DNA from: an uncultured Dictyoglomota bacterium
Lineage (GTDB): Bacteria; Dictyoglomota; Dictyoglomia; Dictyoglomales; Dictyoglomaceae
Length of the DNA stretch: 64,000 nucleotides
Assembly (NCBI GenBank): GCA_964654465.1
Contig: CAZZIO010000032.1
Span: 32,001-96,000, forward strand
Direction of reading: 5' to 3'
In this document: positions 17,629 to 29,195 of the stretch, in pieces
How positions within the stretch are numbered: position 1 is the stretch's first letter
Layout of the letters: every line of letters begins with the position of its first letter
Notes under the pieces: model-generated
Told to the model about the DNA's origin: nothing
The model's database searches: none
What the model saw: the letters and a program-made list of their open reading frames with translations, nothing else
Position numbers and translations under genes: made by a program

Positions 17629-19068
17629 ATGGATAATGTAAGAGTAAGAATAGCACCAAGCCCCACTGGATATCTCCATGTAGGGACTGCTCATACTGCT
17701 CTTTTTAACTGGCTTTTTGCAAAGCATAACAATGGAAAATTTATATTAAGAATTGAGGATACTGATATACAAAGGTCATCAAAAGAATATGAAGAAAATA
17801 TTTTAGAAGGATTAACTTGGCTTGGTCTATATTGGGATGAAGGTCCATATTATCAAACTCAAAGATTAGATCTGTACAGAAAATATGCAGAAGAGCTTCT
17901 TAAAATAGGTGCAGCATATTATTGTTATTGCACTCCTGAAGAATTAGAACAAAGAAGAAAAGAGGCTTTAGCTCAAAAAAGACCTCCAAAATATGATAGA
18001 AAATGCTTATATCTATCAGATGAAGAAATAGCAAAATACGAAAGAGAGGGAAGAAAACCTGTTATAAGATTATTAGTTCCAGAAGGTAAAACTGTTTTTA
18101 ATGACATCATAAGAGGCGAAATAGAATTTGATAATGAGGATATAGGAGATTTTGTGATAATGAAATCAGACGGCATTCCTACCTATAATTTTGCTGTAGT
18201 TGTAGATGACTACACAATGGGAATCACTCATGTAATAAGAGGAGAAGATCATATATCAAATACTCCCAAACAGCTTTTTATATATAATGCCCTTAACTGG
18301 ACTCCACCTGAATTTGCCCATTTACCTTTACTTCTTGGCCCGGATCGATCTAAGCTTTCAAAAAGACATGGTGTTACATCTGTTACAGAATATAAAAAGA
18401 TGGGATATTTACCAGAAGCTTTAGTTAACTACCTTGCTCTTTTAGGGTGGACCCCAGAAGAAAATAAAGAAATTTATACAATTGAAGAATTAATAGAACT
18501 TTTTGATTTAAGAAGGGTCACTAAAAATCCAGGTATTTTTGATATAACAAAACTTGAGTGGATAAATACACAACATATAAGAAGACTTTCTGTGGAAAAA
18601 TTGGCTGAGCTTACTTTGCCATTCTTAGAAGAGGTAGAATGGTTCAATAGGAACAATTTTGATAAAAATTACTATTTAAAAGTTGTCTCTATTCTACAAG
18701 AAAGATTAAAAACCCTATCCCAGATACGAGAATATGGAGATTATTTCTTCTTAGATAAACTTAATTACGACCTTGAAACTGTAAAAAAAGTATGTAAAAG
18801 TCCAGATATACATATCTATTTAGAGAAAATTAAAGAAGAATGGTCTAAAATTCCAAATTCAGAATTCAGCGCTCAAAATTTAGAAAACATATTAAGAAAT
18901 TTAGCTGAAACCCATCAGATTCCAACAAAAAATTTAGTCCATCCTATCCGTGTTGCATTAACAAATAAAACTGTTGGGCCTGGTCTTTACGAACTTGCAG
19001 AAATTCTTGGGAAAGAAAGAGTCATAAAAAGATTAGAAGAGTTTATAGAGTGCCTTAAAGAACTTTAA
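17629..19068 (+). CDS. gltX: Glutamate--tRNA ligase
   Basis: [37 protein letters not shown]. Confidence 0.97.
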   Translation: MDNVRVRIAPSPTGYLHVGTAHTALFNWLFAKHNNGKFILRIEDTDIQRSSKEYEENILEGLTWLGLYWDEGPYYQTQRLDLYRKYAEELLKIGAAYYCYCTPEELEQRRKEALAQKRPPKYDRKCLYLSDEEIAKYEREGRKPVIRLLVPEGKTVFNDIIRGEIEFDNEDIGDFVIMKSDGIPTYNFAVVVDDYTMGITHVIRGEDHISNTPKQLFIYNALNWTPPEFAHLPLLLGPDRSKLSKRHGVTSVTEYKKMGYLPEALVNYLALLGWTPEENKEIYTIEELIELFDLRRVTKNPGIFDITKLEWINTQHIRRLSVEKLAELTLPFLEEVEWFNRNNFDKNYYLKVVSILQERLKTLSQIREYGDYFFLDKLNYDLETVKKVCKSPDIHIYLEKIKEEWSKIPNSEFSAQNLENILRNLAETHQIPTKNLVHPIRVALTNKTVGPGLYELAEILGKERVIKRLEEFIECLKEL

Positions 19069-19082
19069 ACTCCAAAAGTAAT

Positions 19083-19697
19083 ATGTTAAGACGCTCTCCT
19101 TATAAAGATATAATAAATTACGAAAATATCCTTTCTAAGGATATAGGAGAAGGAGAGCGTCTTTTTCTGCACTATACCTTAATACAAGCAAAAAGTAATC
19201 TGGAAATAGCTGAAAAATCTGACTATTTTGTCTCTCCTCTTCTCTTTTTCTATGGTATAGTAGCATTAGCCAAAATTATAATTTTGAAAAACTCCAAGAT
19301 TATACCAAGAGAGGTTTTACATGGACTTACAGTAAGAGTAGCTGGAGAAAAATCCATAGATTGGACTAAAAACTATGATCCTAAAAATGAAACAGTTCTC
19401 GTTAAGGAAAAAGGTCTTTTTCCTACTTTTTACAAATCTATATCTTCCCATGCTCTTCCCGAGGGTGAAAAATACACCTTAGGAGATCTCTTCCTCTTTC
19501 TCGAAAAAAAAACCTCATTAGAACCTTTAGCTGTCCATTATCTTATTCTATTTCTTCTATCTATGCTAGCAAGATATGAACCTCAAAAGTGGGGATGGGC
19601 ATATGAAAAATCTTCTTTCTCAAGAGAATTGAATACCTATTTAAAAATTGTAGGAAGAGAGATTTATGATCTTTGGAGAGAGAAGATTAATTTATAA
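19083..19697 (+). CDS. YaaC-like protein (short form)
   Basis: QAK, SPLLFFYG, HGL, YLILFLLSMLARYEPQKW motifs recalled from the YaaC family. Confidence 0.65.
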   Translation: MLRRSPYKDIINYENILSKDIGEGERLFLHYTLIQAKSNLEIAEKSDYFVSPLLFFYGIVALAKIIILKNSKIIPREVLHGLTVRVAGEKSIDWTKNYDPKNETVLVKEKGLFPTFYKSISSHALPEGEKYTLGDLFLFLEKKTSLEPLAVHYLILFLLSMLARYEPQKWGWAYEKSSFSRELNTYLKIVGREIYDLWREKINL

Positions 19698-20692
19698 TAG
19701 CTTTCAAAAAGATCCTTAATTAGAGAAATATTATAAAGATCTTTAAAACTCATTAGCTTATTATAACTTTTGTCAAAGTATTTTTCAGCAATATTAAAGG
19801 TAGCTTCTTTTACCCTTTTTTTATCTAAAAGCTCAATTATATATAAAATATCCCTCTCAGATAATCTTTCCCTCATCCATATTTCTTCTAACATCATTCT
19901 TTCCTTATCTGAAGCCTCCGAATATAAGTACAATACAGGATAAGTTTTCTTCCGTCGTAAAAGGTCATTAAAGGTGTTCTTTCCTGTTTTATTTGGATCA
20001 CCCCAAATTCCCATAGCATCATCAGCTATCTGGAAGAACAATCCAAAATCTCTACCAATCTCTTGGAAGATTTTTGCTATATCCTCCTTATAAATTGCTG
20101 AATAAGCTCCTAAATAGAAGCTTGTAGAAAAAAGTTTAGCTGTCTTTTTCTCTATCATAATAAGATATTCTTTAAGAGATACTTCTTTCTTTTTTTCAAA
20201 CAATAAATCCAGATATTGACCTTCTATAAGTTCTCTTATAGTCTCAGTAATAGTTGATAGGGTTTTAGCAAGAAGCTGAGGATTTAAATTAGATAGAACC
20301 TGAAATGTCATATCAAATAAAAGATCTCCCACATTTATAGCTTGAGCTTCTCCCCAAATTTTCCATACAGTCCATCTTCCATGTCTTTTCTCATCTCTAT
20401 CTTGAATATCATCATGAACAAGAGAAAAATTATGAAGAAATTCTAAAGAGGATGCTATATCTAAAACAGAGTCAAGATCACCACCTAAGGATTGATTTAT
20501 TAATACACAAAAAAGAGGTCTTAATCTTTTTCCACCTTTAAACTCCATAAGAGGCTGAAAGTTTTCATCCACCCAGCCCATATGGTATGCAGTAATAAAA
20601 TGAACTGGAACCTCTGATGAAAACTTATTCCAATTTTCTTGTAATCTTTTCTCTATTTGAAGAAGATATTTTTGAATTTCGTTCATATCCAT
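19664..20692 (-). CDS. Polyprenyl diphosphate synthase (GGPP/FPP synthase)
   Basis: GGKRLRP, HNFSLVHDDIQD..RHG, GQYLD, KTA, FQIADD. Confidence 0.93.
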   Translation of the reverse strand: MDMNEIQKYLLQIEKRLQENWNKFSSEVPVHFITAYHMGWVDENFQPLMEFKGGKRLRPLFCVLINQSLGGDLDSVLDIASSLEFLHNFSLVHDDIQDRDEKRHGRWTVWKIWGEAQAINVGDLLFDMTFQVLSNLNPQLLAKTLSTITETIRELIEGQYLDLLFEKKKEVSLKEYLIMIEKKTAKLFSTSFYLGAYSAIYKEDIAKIFQEIGRDFGLFFQIADDAMGIWGDPNKTGKNTFNDLLRRKKTYPVLYLYSEASDKERMMLEEIWMRERLSERDILYIIELLDKKRVKEATFNIAEKYFDKSYNKLMSFKDLYNISLIKDLFESYYKLIFSLQRS

Positions 20693-21294
20693 TCCATTAA
20701 TTCTTTAAAAAATTCCAAAAAATGTTTATCTGATAAAGCTTCGTTATGAGCAGGTGTTATACATACCACCTTTCCATTACCATAACAATGATACCATCCT
20801 GCTATGGATTCCCCATTTAAGGATTTGGAATAAAGAAAAACATTTGTTCTTCCTTTATCACAATATACAAAATAGTGTTCATCAAGAAGCTCAAAATTTA
20901 TATTTTTCCCATCCTTAGGCGATTTTCCGAAATATTCTACTTTCCCTCTTTCAGGATGATATTTAAAATAACCTTTTAATATATCTTTTACAAAAAGACT
21001 TTCTGGATCATAGGAGGCAAGACCAGAGTGCCAGACTAAAAATTTTCCTCCTTCTAATATATAATTTTGTATATTACTTTCTATATCTTTTCGCATCCAA
21101 ACTTTGTCTTTATCTTGCCCTATTCTATTTTCCCTTCCCAAAATAATTAGATGATAATTTTTTAAATTAATAGGAAAATCATCTGGAATTATATAATCAA
21201 TATAGTCCTCTTTATTTTTTACTTTTTCTAAGACTTCTTTCAAATAAACTTCAGGATGATAAAAATCCCCTAATATTGCAAGAATTCTCCTCAT
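20683..21294 (-). CDS. ThuA-like (class I GATase fold) protein
   Basis: GDFYHP, GGKFLVWHSGL, HPE, DEHYF, YGNGKVVCITPAH. Confidence 0.78.
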   Translation of the reverse strand: MRRILAILGDFYHPEVYLKEVLEKVKNKEDYIDYIIPDDFPINLKNYHLIILGRENRIGQDKDKVWMRKDIESNIQNYILEGGKFLVWHSGLASYDPESLFVKDILKGYFKYHPERGKVEYFGKSPKDGKNINFELLDEHYFVYCDKGRTNVFLYSKSLNGESIAGWYHCYGNGKVVCITPAHNEALSDKHFLEFFKELMEWI

Positions 21295-21297
21295 TTT

Positions 21298-21753
21298 CTA
21301 AAAATTCTCCAAAAGTTCTATTATAAATTTTATTCTTTCAAATGAATCAAGATAAGTATACATACCACCTGTATAGTAGCCTTGCTGAGCAACTTCTATC
21401 CCATTTTTCTTAAAATCCTCTATTATCTTTTTCGTACCCTTTACTAAAAATCCTAAATGATGTACCCCTTCCCCATGAGTATCTAAAAACTCTCTCCAAG
21501 TAGAAGGATTTTCATCCGGTTCAATAAGTTCTATCTCTACGTTCTTAAAATTTTTAAAGAAAGCAAGCTTAGCCCTTGCTGGTGTAGGATTTCCTTTATA
21601 TTGTGTCTTAGCTTTTTCATAGACATCAGTGATAATAATTTCAGGTTTTTCAACCCCAAAAATTTTAGAATATTCCTCTACTGCCTTTTCAATATCTCTC
21701 ACAATTATACCTATCTGAACCACTACATCAGTACCTAAAATATCATTCACCAT
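21298..21753 (-). CDS. VOC/glyoxalase family (methylmalonyl-CoA epimerase-like)
   Basis: QIGIIVRDIE, EIELIEP, FLDTHGEGVHHLGF, IIELLE. Confidence 0.88.
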   Translation of the reverse strand: MVNDILGTDVVVQIGIIVRDIEKAVEEYSKIFGVEKPEIIITDVYEKAKTQYKGNPTPARAKLAFFKNFKNVEIELIEPDENPSTWREFLDTHGEGVHHLGFLVKGTKKIIEDFKKNGIEVAQQGYYTGGMYTYLDSFERIKFIIELLENF

Positions 21754-22357
21754 TTTCCTTTTCCTCCTTACAATATATTCTATTTTTAATTATATAATTT
21801 TCTACAAGATCTGGTACCAAGTATTTAATAGACAACCCTTTTTTTATTCTGTCCCTAATCTCTCTTGCCGAAATTGGGAAATATGGAAATTCCAGAAAAA
21901 AGATTCTATCTTCAAATTTTTCAAAAAGCTCCTTAATCTCTTCGGAAAAATAATTTTCTCCTCTACTTCCAATAACTATTTTTGAAAGTCCCAAAATATC
22001 ATAAGGATCCTTCCAAGTTAGAAAATATTTAAATGCATCTTGTCCCAGTAAAAGATACATCTCCGTATTATAAAAAAGAGAAGATAGATCTTTTAAAGTG
22101 TCAATAGTGTAAGAAACACCTTCTCTTTCAAGCTCTATAGGTAATACCTCAAAATAAGGATTATTAAGAATAGCTAACATAACCATCTCATATCTTTGTT
22201 TTGAGGTAGCTTCTGGAATTTCTCTATGGGGTGGTATCTTATTAGGTATAAAAAATACCTTATCTAAATGAAATTTTTCTCTTGCATATTCTGCAAACCA
22301 GAGATGTCCATAATGAATAGGATCAAAAGTACCTCCTAAAACGCCAATTCTCTTCAT
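21743..22357 (-). CDS. nadD: Nicotinate-nucleotide adenylyltransferase
   Basis: GGTFDPIHYGH, PPH, SYTIDT, LGQD, ISAREIR. Confidence 0.95.
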   Translation of the reverse strand: MKRIGVLGGTFDPIHYGHLWFAEYAREKFHLDKVFFIPNKIPPHREIPEATSKQRYEMVMLAILNNPYFEVLPIELEREGVSYTIDTLKDLSSLFYNTEMYLLLGQDAFKYFLTWKDPYDILGLSKIVIGSRGENYFSEEIKELFEKFEDRIFFLEFPYFPISAREIRDRIKKGLSIKYLVPDLVENYIIKNRIYCKEEKENGE

Positions 22358-22359
22358 AG

Positions 22360-23933
<1,574 letters not shown>

Positions 23934-23952
23934 TTATTTTCACCTCCTATTT

Positions 23953-24267
23953 TTAAGGTATTACTATTTCTTGTATTAAGAGTTGTGTAAACGGCTGTCT
24001 ATGACCATACTTTCTTCTATAATGTTTCTTTCTTTTGAACTTAAATACAATTACTTTTGGATATTTATCCTGCCTAACTACCTTTGCCTTAATCTTAGCA
24101 CCATTTACGTATGGCTTTCCTACCAAAACGTTATCCTCTTTACTTACCAATAGAACTTTATCCAATACTACCTCTTCACCCACATTTGCTTTTATTTTTT
24201 CCACATTAACTAAGCTTCCTACACTTACTTTATATTGTTTCCCTCCTGTTTCCACTATAGCAAACAT
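23953..24267 (-). CDS. rplU: 50S ribosomal protein L21
   Basis: [21 protein letters not shown]. Confidence 0.98.
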   Translation of the reverse strand: MFAIVETGGKQYKVSVGSLVNVEKIKANVGEEVVLDKVLLVSKEDNVLVGKPYVNGAKIKAKVVRQDKYPKVIVFKFKRKKHYRRKYGHRQPFTQLLIQEIVIP

Positions 24268-24318
24268 TCCCTATAACCTCCTTACAAAAGTTGATATTTT
24301 AAATGAATTAACATTACA

Positions 24319-24401
24319 ATTTATCACTTTATACAAGTATTTGTCAAGATTTCAAGATTAGAAAATAAAATTTGACAACTTTAGTTATATAATTCTATAC
24401 T
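24319..24401. promoter_or_regulatory. Back-to-back putative sigma70 promoters (rplU on -, DUF362 gene on +)
   Basis: Minus strand TTGACA at 24343-24348 with a TG-extended AT-rich -10. Plus strand TTGACA 24372-24377, 18 nt, TATACT. Confidence 0.5.
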
Positions 24402-24461
24402 TTAATAAGCTTTTACTTTTATACATATATTTTGCAAATTATGAAAATGGAGGTAAATAAT

Positions 24462-25601
24462 ATGAACCAAAAAAGTAAGGTTAGTATAGTGAGAACAACT
24501 AATAAAAATATATATAATGCTGTTGGAGATGCGATAGATCTTATTGGCGGAATTGATAAATTTGTAAAGTCAGGTGATGTTGTTCTAATAAAACCAAATG
24601 CCTTTATAAGTAAGGAAGAGAAAGGTTTTATTTCAGACCCTGATGTGGTTCTTTCCATAGCAAGGTTATGTAAAGAACAAGGAGCAAAAGAGGTATATAT
24701 AGGAGAGAGAACACCTAGTGTTTATAAATGGTATCCTCAAGAGAAAATAGATATAGCAAAAGTAGTATGCTTTGATGACACTCATTTTAATTTAAGGGTA
24801 TTACCTAATGCCAGAGTTATAAAAACAGCTGTTCCCATACCTAAAATTGTAGAAGAATGTGATGTATTTATAAATGTACCTGGTCTGAGATTTCATGCCT
24901 TAACTATTATATCAAATGGTATGAAAAACATAATGGGAATTATGCCTAAGGAAACAACTCTTTTGATACACCTTTCTGGATTAGAGGATGCAATTGTAGA
25001 TCTTAACTATTTTAGAAGAAGTAATCTTGTAATTTCTACTGCAATACATACTATAGTTGGAAATTTCCCAGTTACAGGATATGGAATAGAGAGTAATACA
25101 TTGATTGCTGGAGATAATGTAGTTGCTGTAGATTCTGTATCAGCATTAATATTAAATGCTGATCCTCACAATATAAGACACCTAACATTAGCAAATGACT
25201 TAGGACTTGGACCTATAGATATGGGGAATATAGAACTTGTTGGTGAATCTATAGAATCTTTAGAATGGAGAAAAAATATTGCTTTGCCAATCATAGACTA
25301 TGAAAATTTTAGGGACAGAATAAATATAATAGATCCATTTAAGGCATGCCAGGGATGTAAAAGGGCAGTAAGCAGTGGTCTCTCAGACATCATTGAAAAC
25401 TATCCAGATGTTGATCTTTCAGATGTAACTATAGTATTAGGCCCTGTTGAAGATTTGGACAAATTTAAACTGACAGATAAAATCATTCTTTTTGGGAATT
25501 GCACTTTTCCATATAGAGATAGAGGACTATATGTACAAGGTTGTCCCCCAAGAGCTAATATGGCAAAGCAAGCAATAAAGGATATTAAAAATTTAAAGTA
25601 A
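24462..25601 (+). CDS. DUF362 family protein with C-terminal Fe-S-type module
   Basis: VLIKPN, DPDVV, INVP..H, KNIMG, NVVAVD. C-terminal CQGC...GNC...GCPP. Start moved to ATG 24462 behind a GGAGG RBS. Confidence 0.82.
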   Translation: MNQKSKVSIVRTTNKNIYNAVGDAIDLIGGIDKFVKSGDVVLIKPNAFISKEEKGFISDPDVVLSIARLCKEQGAKEVYIGERTPSVYKWYPQEKIDIAKVVCFDDTHFNLRVLPNARVIKTAVPIPKIVEECDVFINVPGLRFHALTIISNGMKNIMGIMPKETTLLIHLSGLEDAIVDLNYFRRSNLVISTAIHTIVGNFPVTGYGIESNTLIAGDNVVAVDSVSALILNADPHNIRHLTLANDLGLGPIDMGNIELVGESIESLEWRKNIALPIIDYENFRDRINIIDPFKACQGCKRAVSSGLSDIIENYPDVDLSDVTIVLGPVEDLDKFKLTDKIILFGNCTFPYRDRGLYVQGCPPRANMAKQAIKDIKNLK

Positions 25602-26579
25602 TATAATTTTATCGCTATCTGCCGATTCTCTTGCCTTAATAGCTACCTCAGTAACATAGAAGGAATCTTCTGGCCTAACCATACATTTTCCCTTCCCCAT
25701 TATTTCATTGATAAAATCCACAAAGATCCTTTTTCCTGGCATAAGTAGTAACTCTTCACCTTTATACTTCTCGTTTATTAAAAATACTTTGTTAAAAATG
25801 ATTTCTATTATACCATCCGTACCCACAATTCTTACTCTATCATCATCATGAGTTGGAGCATTAGATGGTCTTAAATAATCAATGCTTAAAGAAGCAAATA
25901 TTTCGTTTTCCAAAGTAAAAAAACAAAGAGCTGTGACCTCTAAATCCCCATTATCTTTGTTATATTTTCTTGAGTGAGTAGCATATACTTTTTTAAATTT
26001 CTTATTGGTAAACCAATAAATCCAATCAATAGCATGAATTCCTACCCATGGAATTGTCCCCCCATAAGATTCCCTGTGTTTATAAAACTCTGGTCTATTC
26101 CCTAATTTGTAAGATTTTTGAGTGTTTATTAATCTAATATTACCTATTACACCTTCTTGAATTTTATGCCAAGCTGTTAGAAACCATGATTTGTATCTTA
26201 TTCCAAACATAGCACATAGATGTTTATTGGATTCATAATAAACTTTCTTCAGATTTTCTAGATCTTCCATGGTAGTAGCTAATGGTTTCTCACTAAAAAC
26301 ATGACAACCATACTTCAATACTTTCATATTTAACCTTGCAATGTCTCCAAAATGACAAGCAACTACTGCTATATCAGGCTTAGTTTCTTCTATCATCTTC
26401 TCATAATTATCATACACATTTACCTTATAAGGAAGAGCTTTTATCGTTTCTAAAACTTTGCTTATATCCTCACCATATGATCCAGGAGCAACACCAACAA
26501 TTTTATAATCTGTAATTTCCTTTAATCCTTCCATCACGTAATTTATATGTCCAGAACCACCTATAATGACTATTTTCAT
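25593..26579 (-). CDS. Gfo/Idh/MocA family oxidoreductase
   Basis: IIGGSGH, HVFSEKPLA, YGGTIPWVGIHAIDW. Confidence 0.9.
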   Translation of the reverse strand: MKIVIIGGSGHINYVMEGLKEITDYKIVGVAPGSYGEDISKVLETIKALPYKVNVYDNYEKMIEETKPDIAVVACHFGDIARLNMKVLKYGCHVFSEKPLATTMEDLENLKKVYYESNKHLCAMFGIRYKSWFLTAWHKIQEGVIGNIRLINTQKSYKLGNRPEFYKHRESYGGTIPWVGIHAIDWIYWFTNKKFKKVYATHSRKYNKDNGDLEVTALCFFTLENEIFASLSIDYLRPSNAPTHDDDRVRIVGTDGIIEIIFNKVFLINEKYKGEELLLMPGKRIFVDFINEIMGKGKCMVRPEDSFYVTEVAIKARESADSDKIILL

Positions 26580-26749
26580 TACTTTTTACCTCCTAAATAG
26601 ATAATTTCTATGATTATTATATCTTAGAAATGATCATTGAAAAATCTCATAATTTTTGATAAAATACAGCTTGGAAAGATCAGAAGATAAATTGTACATT
26701 TGAGATGTTGACAAACTATCAATAATATAGTATATAAAAATACCTGTGT

Positions 26750-26825
26750 GAGCCGCTAGCTCAGTCGGTAGAGCACCTGACTTTTAATCAGGGGGTCACA
26801 GGTTCGATTCCTGTGCGGCTCACCA
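26750..26825 (+). tRNA. tRNA-Lys (TTT)
   Basis: GAGCCGC...CCTGA-CT-TTT-AA-TCAGG...GCGGCTC-ACCA. Confidence 0.97.
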
Positions 26826-26833
26826 ATGAAAGG

Positions 26834-26911
26834 GCCCTCATCGTCTAGCCCGGCCTAGGACACCGCTCTTTCAAGGCGGTGACGGGGGTTCGAATCCCCC
26901 TGAGGGCGCCA
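26834..26911 (+). tRNA. tRNA-Glu (TTC)
   Basis: GCCCTCA...CCGCT-CT-TTC-AA-GGCGG...TGAGGGC-GCCA. Confidence 0.97.
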
Positions 26912-26915
26912 AAGT

Positions 26916-26991
26916 GGGCGGATAGCTCAGTGGTTAGAGCGCCTGCCTTACAAGCAGGAGGTCGTAGGTTCAAGTCCTGCTCCGCCCACCA
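26916..26991 (+). tRNA. tRNA-Val (TAC)
   Basis: GGGCGGA...CCTGC-CT-TAC-AA-GCAGG...TCCGCCC-ACCA. Confidence 0.97.
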
Positions 26992-27017
26992 TAAAAAAAT
27001 GATATAATATATAATGT

Positions 27018-27096
27018 GGGGTCGTGGTGTAGCCCGGTTTAACACACCTGCCTGTCACGCAGGAGACCGCGGGTTCGAATCCCGTCGACCCCGCCA
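27018..27096 (+). tRNA. tRNA-Asp (GTC)
   Basis: GGGGTCG...CCTGC-CT-GTC-AC-GCAGG...CGACCCC-GCCA. Confidence 0.97.
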
Positions 27097-27124
27097 TTTT
27101 TTTATAGTAAATTGAACCTTGAGG

Positions 27125-27199
27125 GCCGGTGTAGCTCAGAGGCAGAGCAGCCGATTCGTAATCGGCATGTCGCCGGTTCGAATCCGGCCTCCGGCTCCA
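27125..27199 (+). tRNA. tRNA-Thr (CGT)
   Basis: GCCGGTG...GCCGA-TT-CGT-AA-TCGGC...CTCCGGC-TCCA. Confidence 0.95.
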
Positions 27200-27217
27200 T
27201 AAGAAGGTGTTATTTAT

Positions 27218-27631
27218 ATGGTTGAATTTGGCAAGGTTGTAGATAAAAAGGGTAATATTTTAAAGATAGAATTAAACCCTACCTCTACGTGTAAGATATG
27301 TGGTCTTTGTCATTCGGAAGGTACATATAACTTTTATCTTGATGCCTTAGATAATTGTAACGCAAAAGTTGGCGACACAGTCGTTATTGAGATAGAAAGA
27401 AAAAAATATTATAAGGCCTTATTTTTAATATACGGATTACCTTTAATTCTTTTCATTATTGGCGTTATTTTGGGATACTTATTCAATCCCAAAATACATT
27501 TTGACCCTCAACTTTTTGGACTAATCTTAGGCTTCTTATTAATGGCTCTTGGTTATATTTTGGTAAGATTTTTAGATCGTAAGTTAAGTAAAAAACAACA
27601 ATATATTATGGTGGCTAAAAAAGTTGTTTAA
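27218..27631 (+). CDS. RseC/MucC family (SoxR reducing system) membrane protein
   Basis: CKICGLC, AKVGDTV, YGLPL, two TM helices. Confidence 0.85.
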   Translation: MVEFGKVVDKKGNILKIELNPTSTCKICGLCHSEGTYNFYLDALDNCNAKVGDTVVIEIERKKYYKALFLIYGLPLILFIIGVILGYLFNPKIHFDPQLFGLILGFLLMALGYILVRFLDRKLSKKQQYIMVAKKVV

Positions 27632-27872
27632 AGATTTTAAGCCTCCAAAGGGATATAAATTACTCATAACTGCACCAAACTATATAATTGGTGAATTAGT
27701 ATATAACTTATTAACCACTTCAGGTTTACATCCTCAAATTTTATCTTCCTCTTTTCCCTACACAGATCCTGTATATATGGGCAGAGGATTACCTGTTTAC
27801 ATAATAGTACCAGAAAACGAGTTTGAAGAGGCTAAAAGAGTTATAGAAGAAGAAAACATAGATAATAATTGA
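27624..27872 (+). CDS. Small DUF2007-like putative signal-transducing protein
   Basis: LL..SGL.P...VYIIVPENEFEEAKRVI pattern. TTG start with GGTGG upstream. Confidence 0.6.
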   Translation: MFKDFKPPKGYKLLITAPNYIIGELVYNLLTTSGLHPQILSSSFPYTDPVYMGRGLPVYIIVPENEFEEAKRVIEEENIDNN

Positions 27873-27897
27873 CTTAATTTATTAACCTTTTTATAAT
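27869..27897 (+). promoter_or_regulatory. Sigma70 promoter of proA-proC-htrA-rlmH
   Basis: TTGACT-17 nt-TATAAT. Confidence 0.7.
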
Positions 27898-27929
27898 CAG
27901 AAAAATTTTAAGTTCTGGGGTGAGAAAAG

Positions 27930-29177
27930 ATGGAGAATATGGAAAAGAAATTACAAGAAGCTAAAGCTGCAAGTTATAAATTAGCATTACTCAAAACCAA
28001 GGCAAAAAATGAAGCATTAAGAAAAATAGCAGAAGGTATAGAAAAAAATATTCCAATAATATTGGAGGAAAATAAAAAAGATCTAAAAAGAGGAGAAGAA
28101 AAAGGCTTAAGTAAAGCATTAATGGACAGAATACTTCTCAATGAGAAACGTCTAAAAGACATTGTTCGAAGCATTGAAGATGTAATTAAACTGCCAGATC
28201 CAGTTGGAGAAATTATTTCTATGCAAAAAAGGCCTAATGGGATACTAGTAGGACAGATGAGAGTACCTATTGGTGTTTTAGCTTTAATCTACGAAGCACG
28301 ACCAAATGTAACTGTTGATGGAGCAATTTTAGCAATAAAATCGGGAAATTCTATAGTTCTAAGAGGAAGTTCAGATGCCTTATATTCAAATATTGTTCTT
28401 GCTAATATAATGAAGGAAGCATTATCAGAATCAGAAGTACCCCCAGAAAGTATCCAAATTATAGAGACACCAGAACACTCAGCTGTAGAAAAACTTCTTC
28501 AAATGAGAGATTATATAGATGTGGTCATACCGAGAGGAAGTGCAAATTTTATTAAATATGTAATGAATATATCTAAGGTACCTGTCATAGAAACTGGCGC
28601 AGGAAATAATCATATATATGTAGAAGAAGATGCTGATTTTGATATGGCGAGAAAAATAATAATAAATGCAAAAGTTCAAAGACCATCTGTTTGTAATGCT
28701 ATTGAAAAGCTTCTTATTCACAAAAATATTGCAGATAAATTCATACCATTAATAGTTGAAGACTTAAGAAAATATAATGTGGAGATTAGAGGTTGTGAAA
28801 AAACATGTCAAATTATAAAAGATGCAATTTTAGCTACAGAAGAAGATTGGTACACTGAATATTTAGATCTTATTATTGCAATAAAAGTAGTAAATTCTTT
28901 GGAGGAAGCTATAGAACACATAAATAAATACAATACAAAACACTCAGAAGCTATTATAACAAAAGATTATCATAAAGCAATGACTTTCCTGCAAAGAGTT
29001 GATGCAGCTGCTGTTTATGTTAATGCATCTACTAGATTCACTGATGGTGGAGAATTTGGGCTCGGTGCAGAGATAGGAATATCTACTCAAAAACTACATG
29101 CAAGAGGACCTATGGGATTAAAGGAGCTGACCACCACTAAATATATCATCTTTGGAGAAGGTCAGATAAGAGAATAA
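27930..29177 (+). CDS. proA: Gamma-glutamyl phosphate reductase
   Basis: IYEARPNVT, IPRGS, RPSVCNA, NASTRFTDGGEFGLGAEIGISTQKLHARGPMGL. Confidence 0.97.
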   Translation: MENMEKKLQEAKAASYKLALLKTKAKNEALRKIAEGIEKNIPIILEENKKDLKRGEEKGLSKALMDRILLNEKRLKDIVRSIEDVIKLPDPVGEIISMQKRPNGILVGQMRVPIGVLALIYEARPNVTVDGAILAIKSGNSIVLRGSSDALYSNIVLANIMKEALSESEVPPESIQIIETPEHSAVEKLLQMRDYIDVVIPRGSANFIKYVMNISKVPVIETGAGNNHIYVEEDADFDMARKIIINAKVQRPSVCNAIEKLLIHKNIADKFIPLIVEDLRKYNVEIRGCEKTCQIIKDAILATEEDWYTEYLDLIIAIKVVNSLEEAIEHINKYNTKHSEAIITKDYHKAMTFLQRVDAAAVYVNASTRFTDGGEFGLGAEIGISTQKLHARGPMGLKELTTTKYIIFGEGQIRE

Positions 29178-29195
29178 AAAGAAAGGAGAAGTAAT

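Noticed and set aside
26708..26738. Sigma70 promoter for the tRNA cluster
   Set aside because: TTGACA is present and a promoter is likely, but no TAnnnT hexamer lies at 16-18 nt spacing, so I did not list it as a feature
26845..27045. 66-aa minus-strand ORF
   Set aside because: Antisense to the tRNA-Glu, Val and Asp genes
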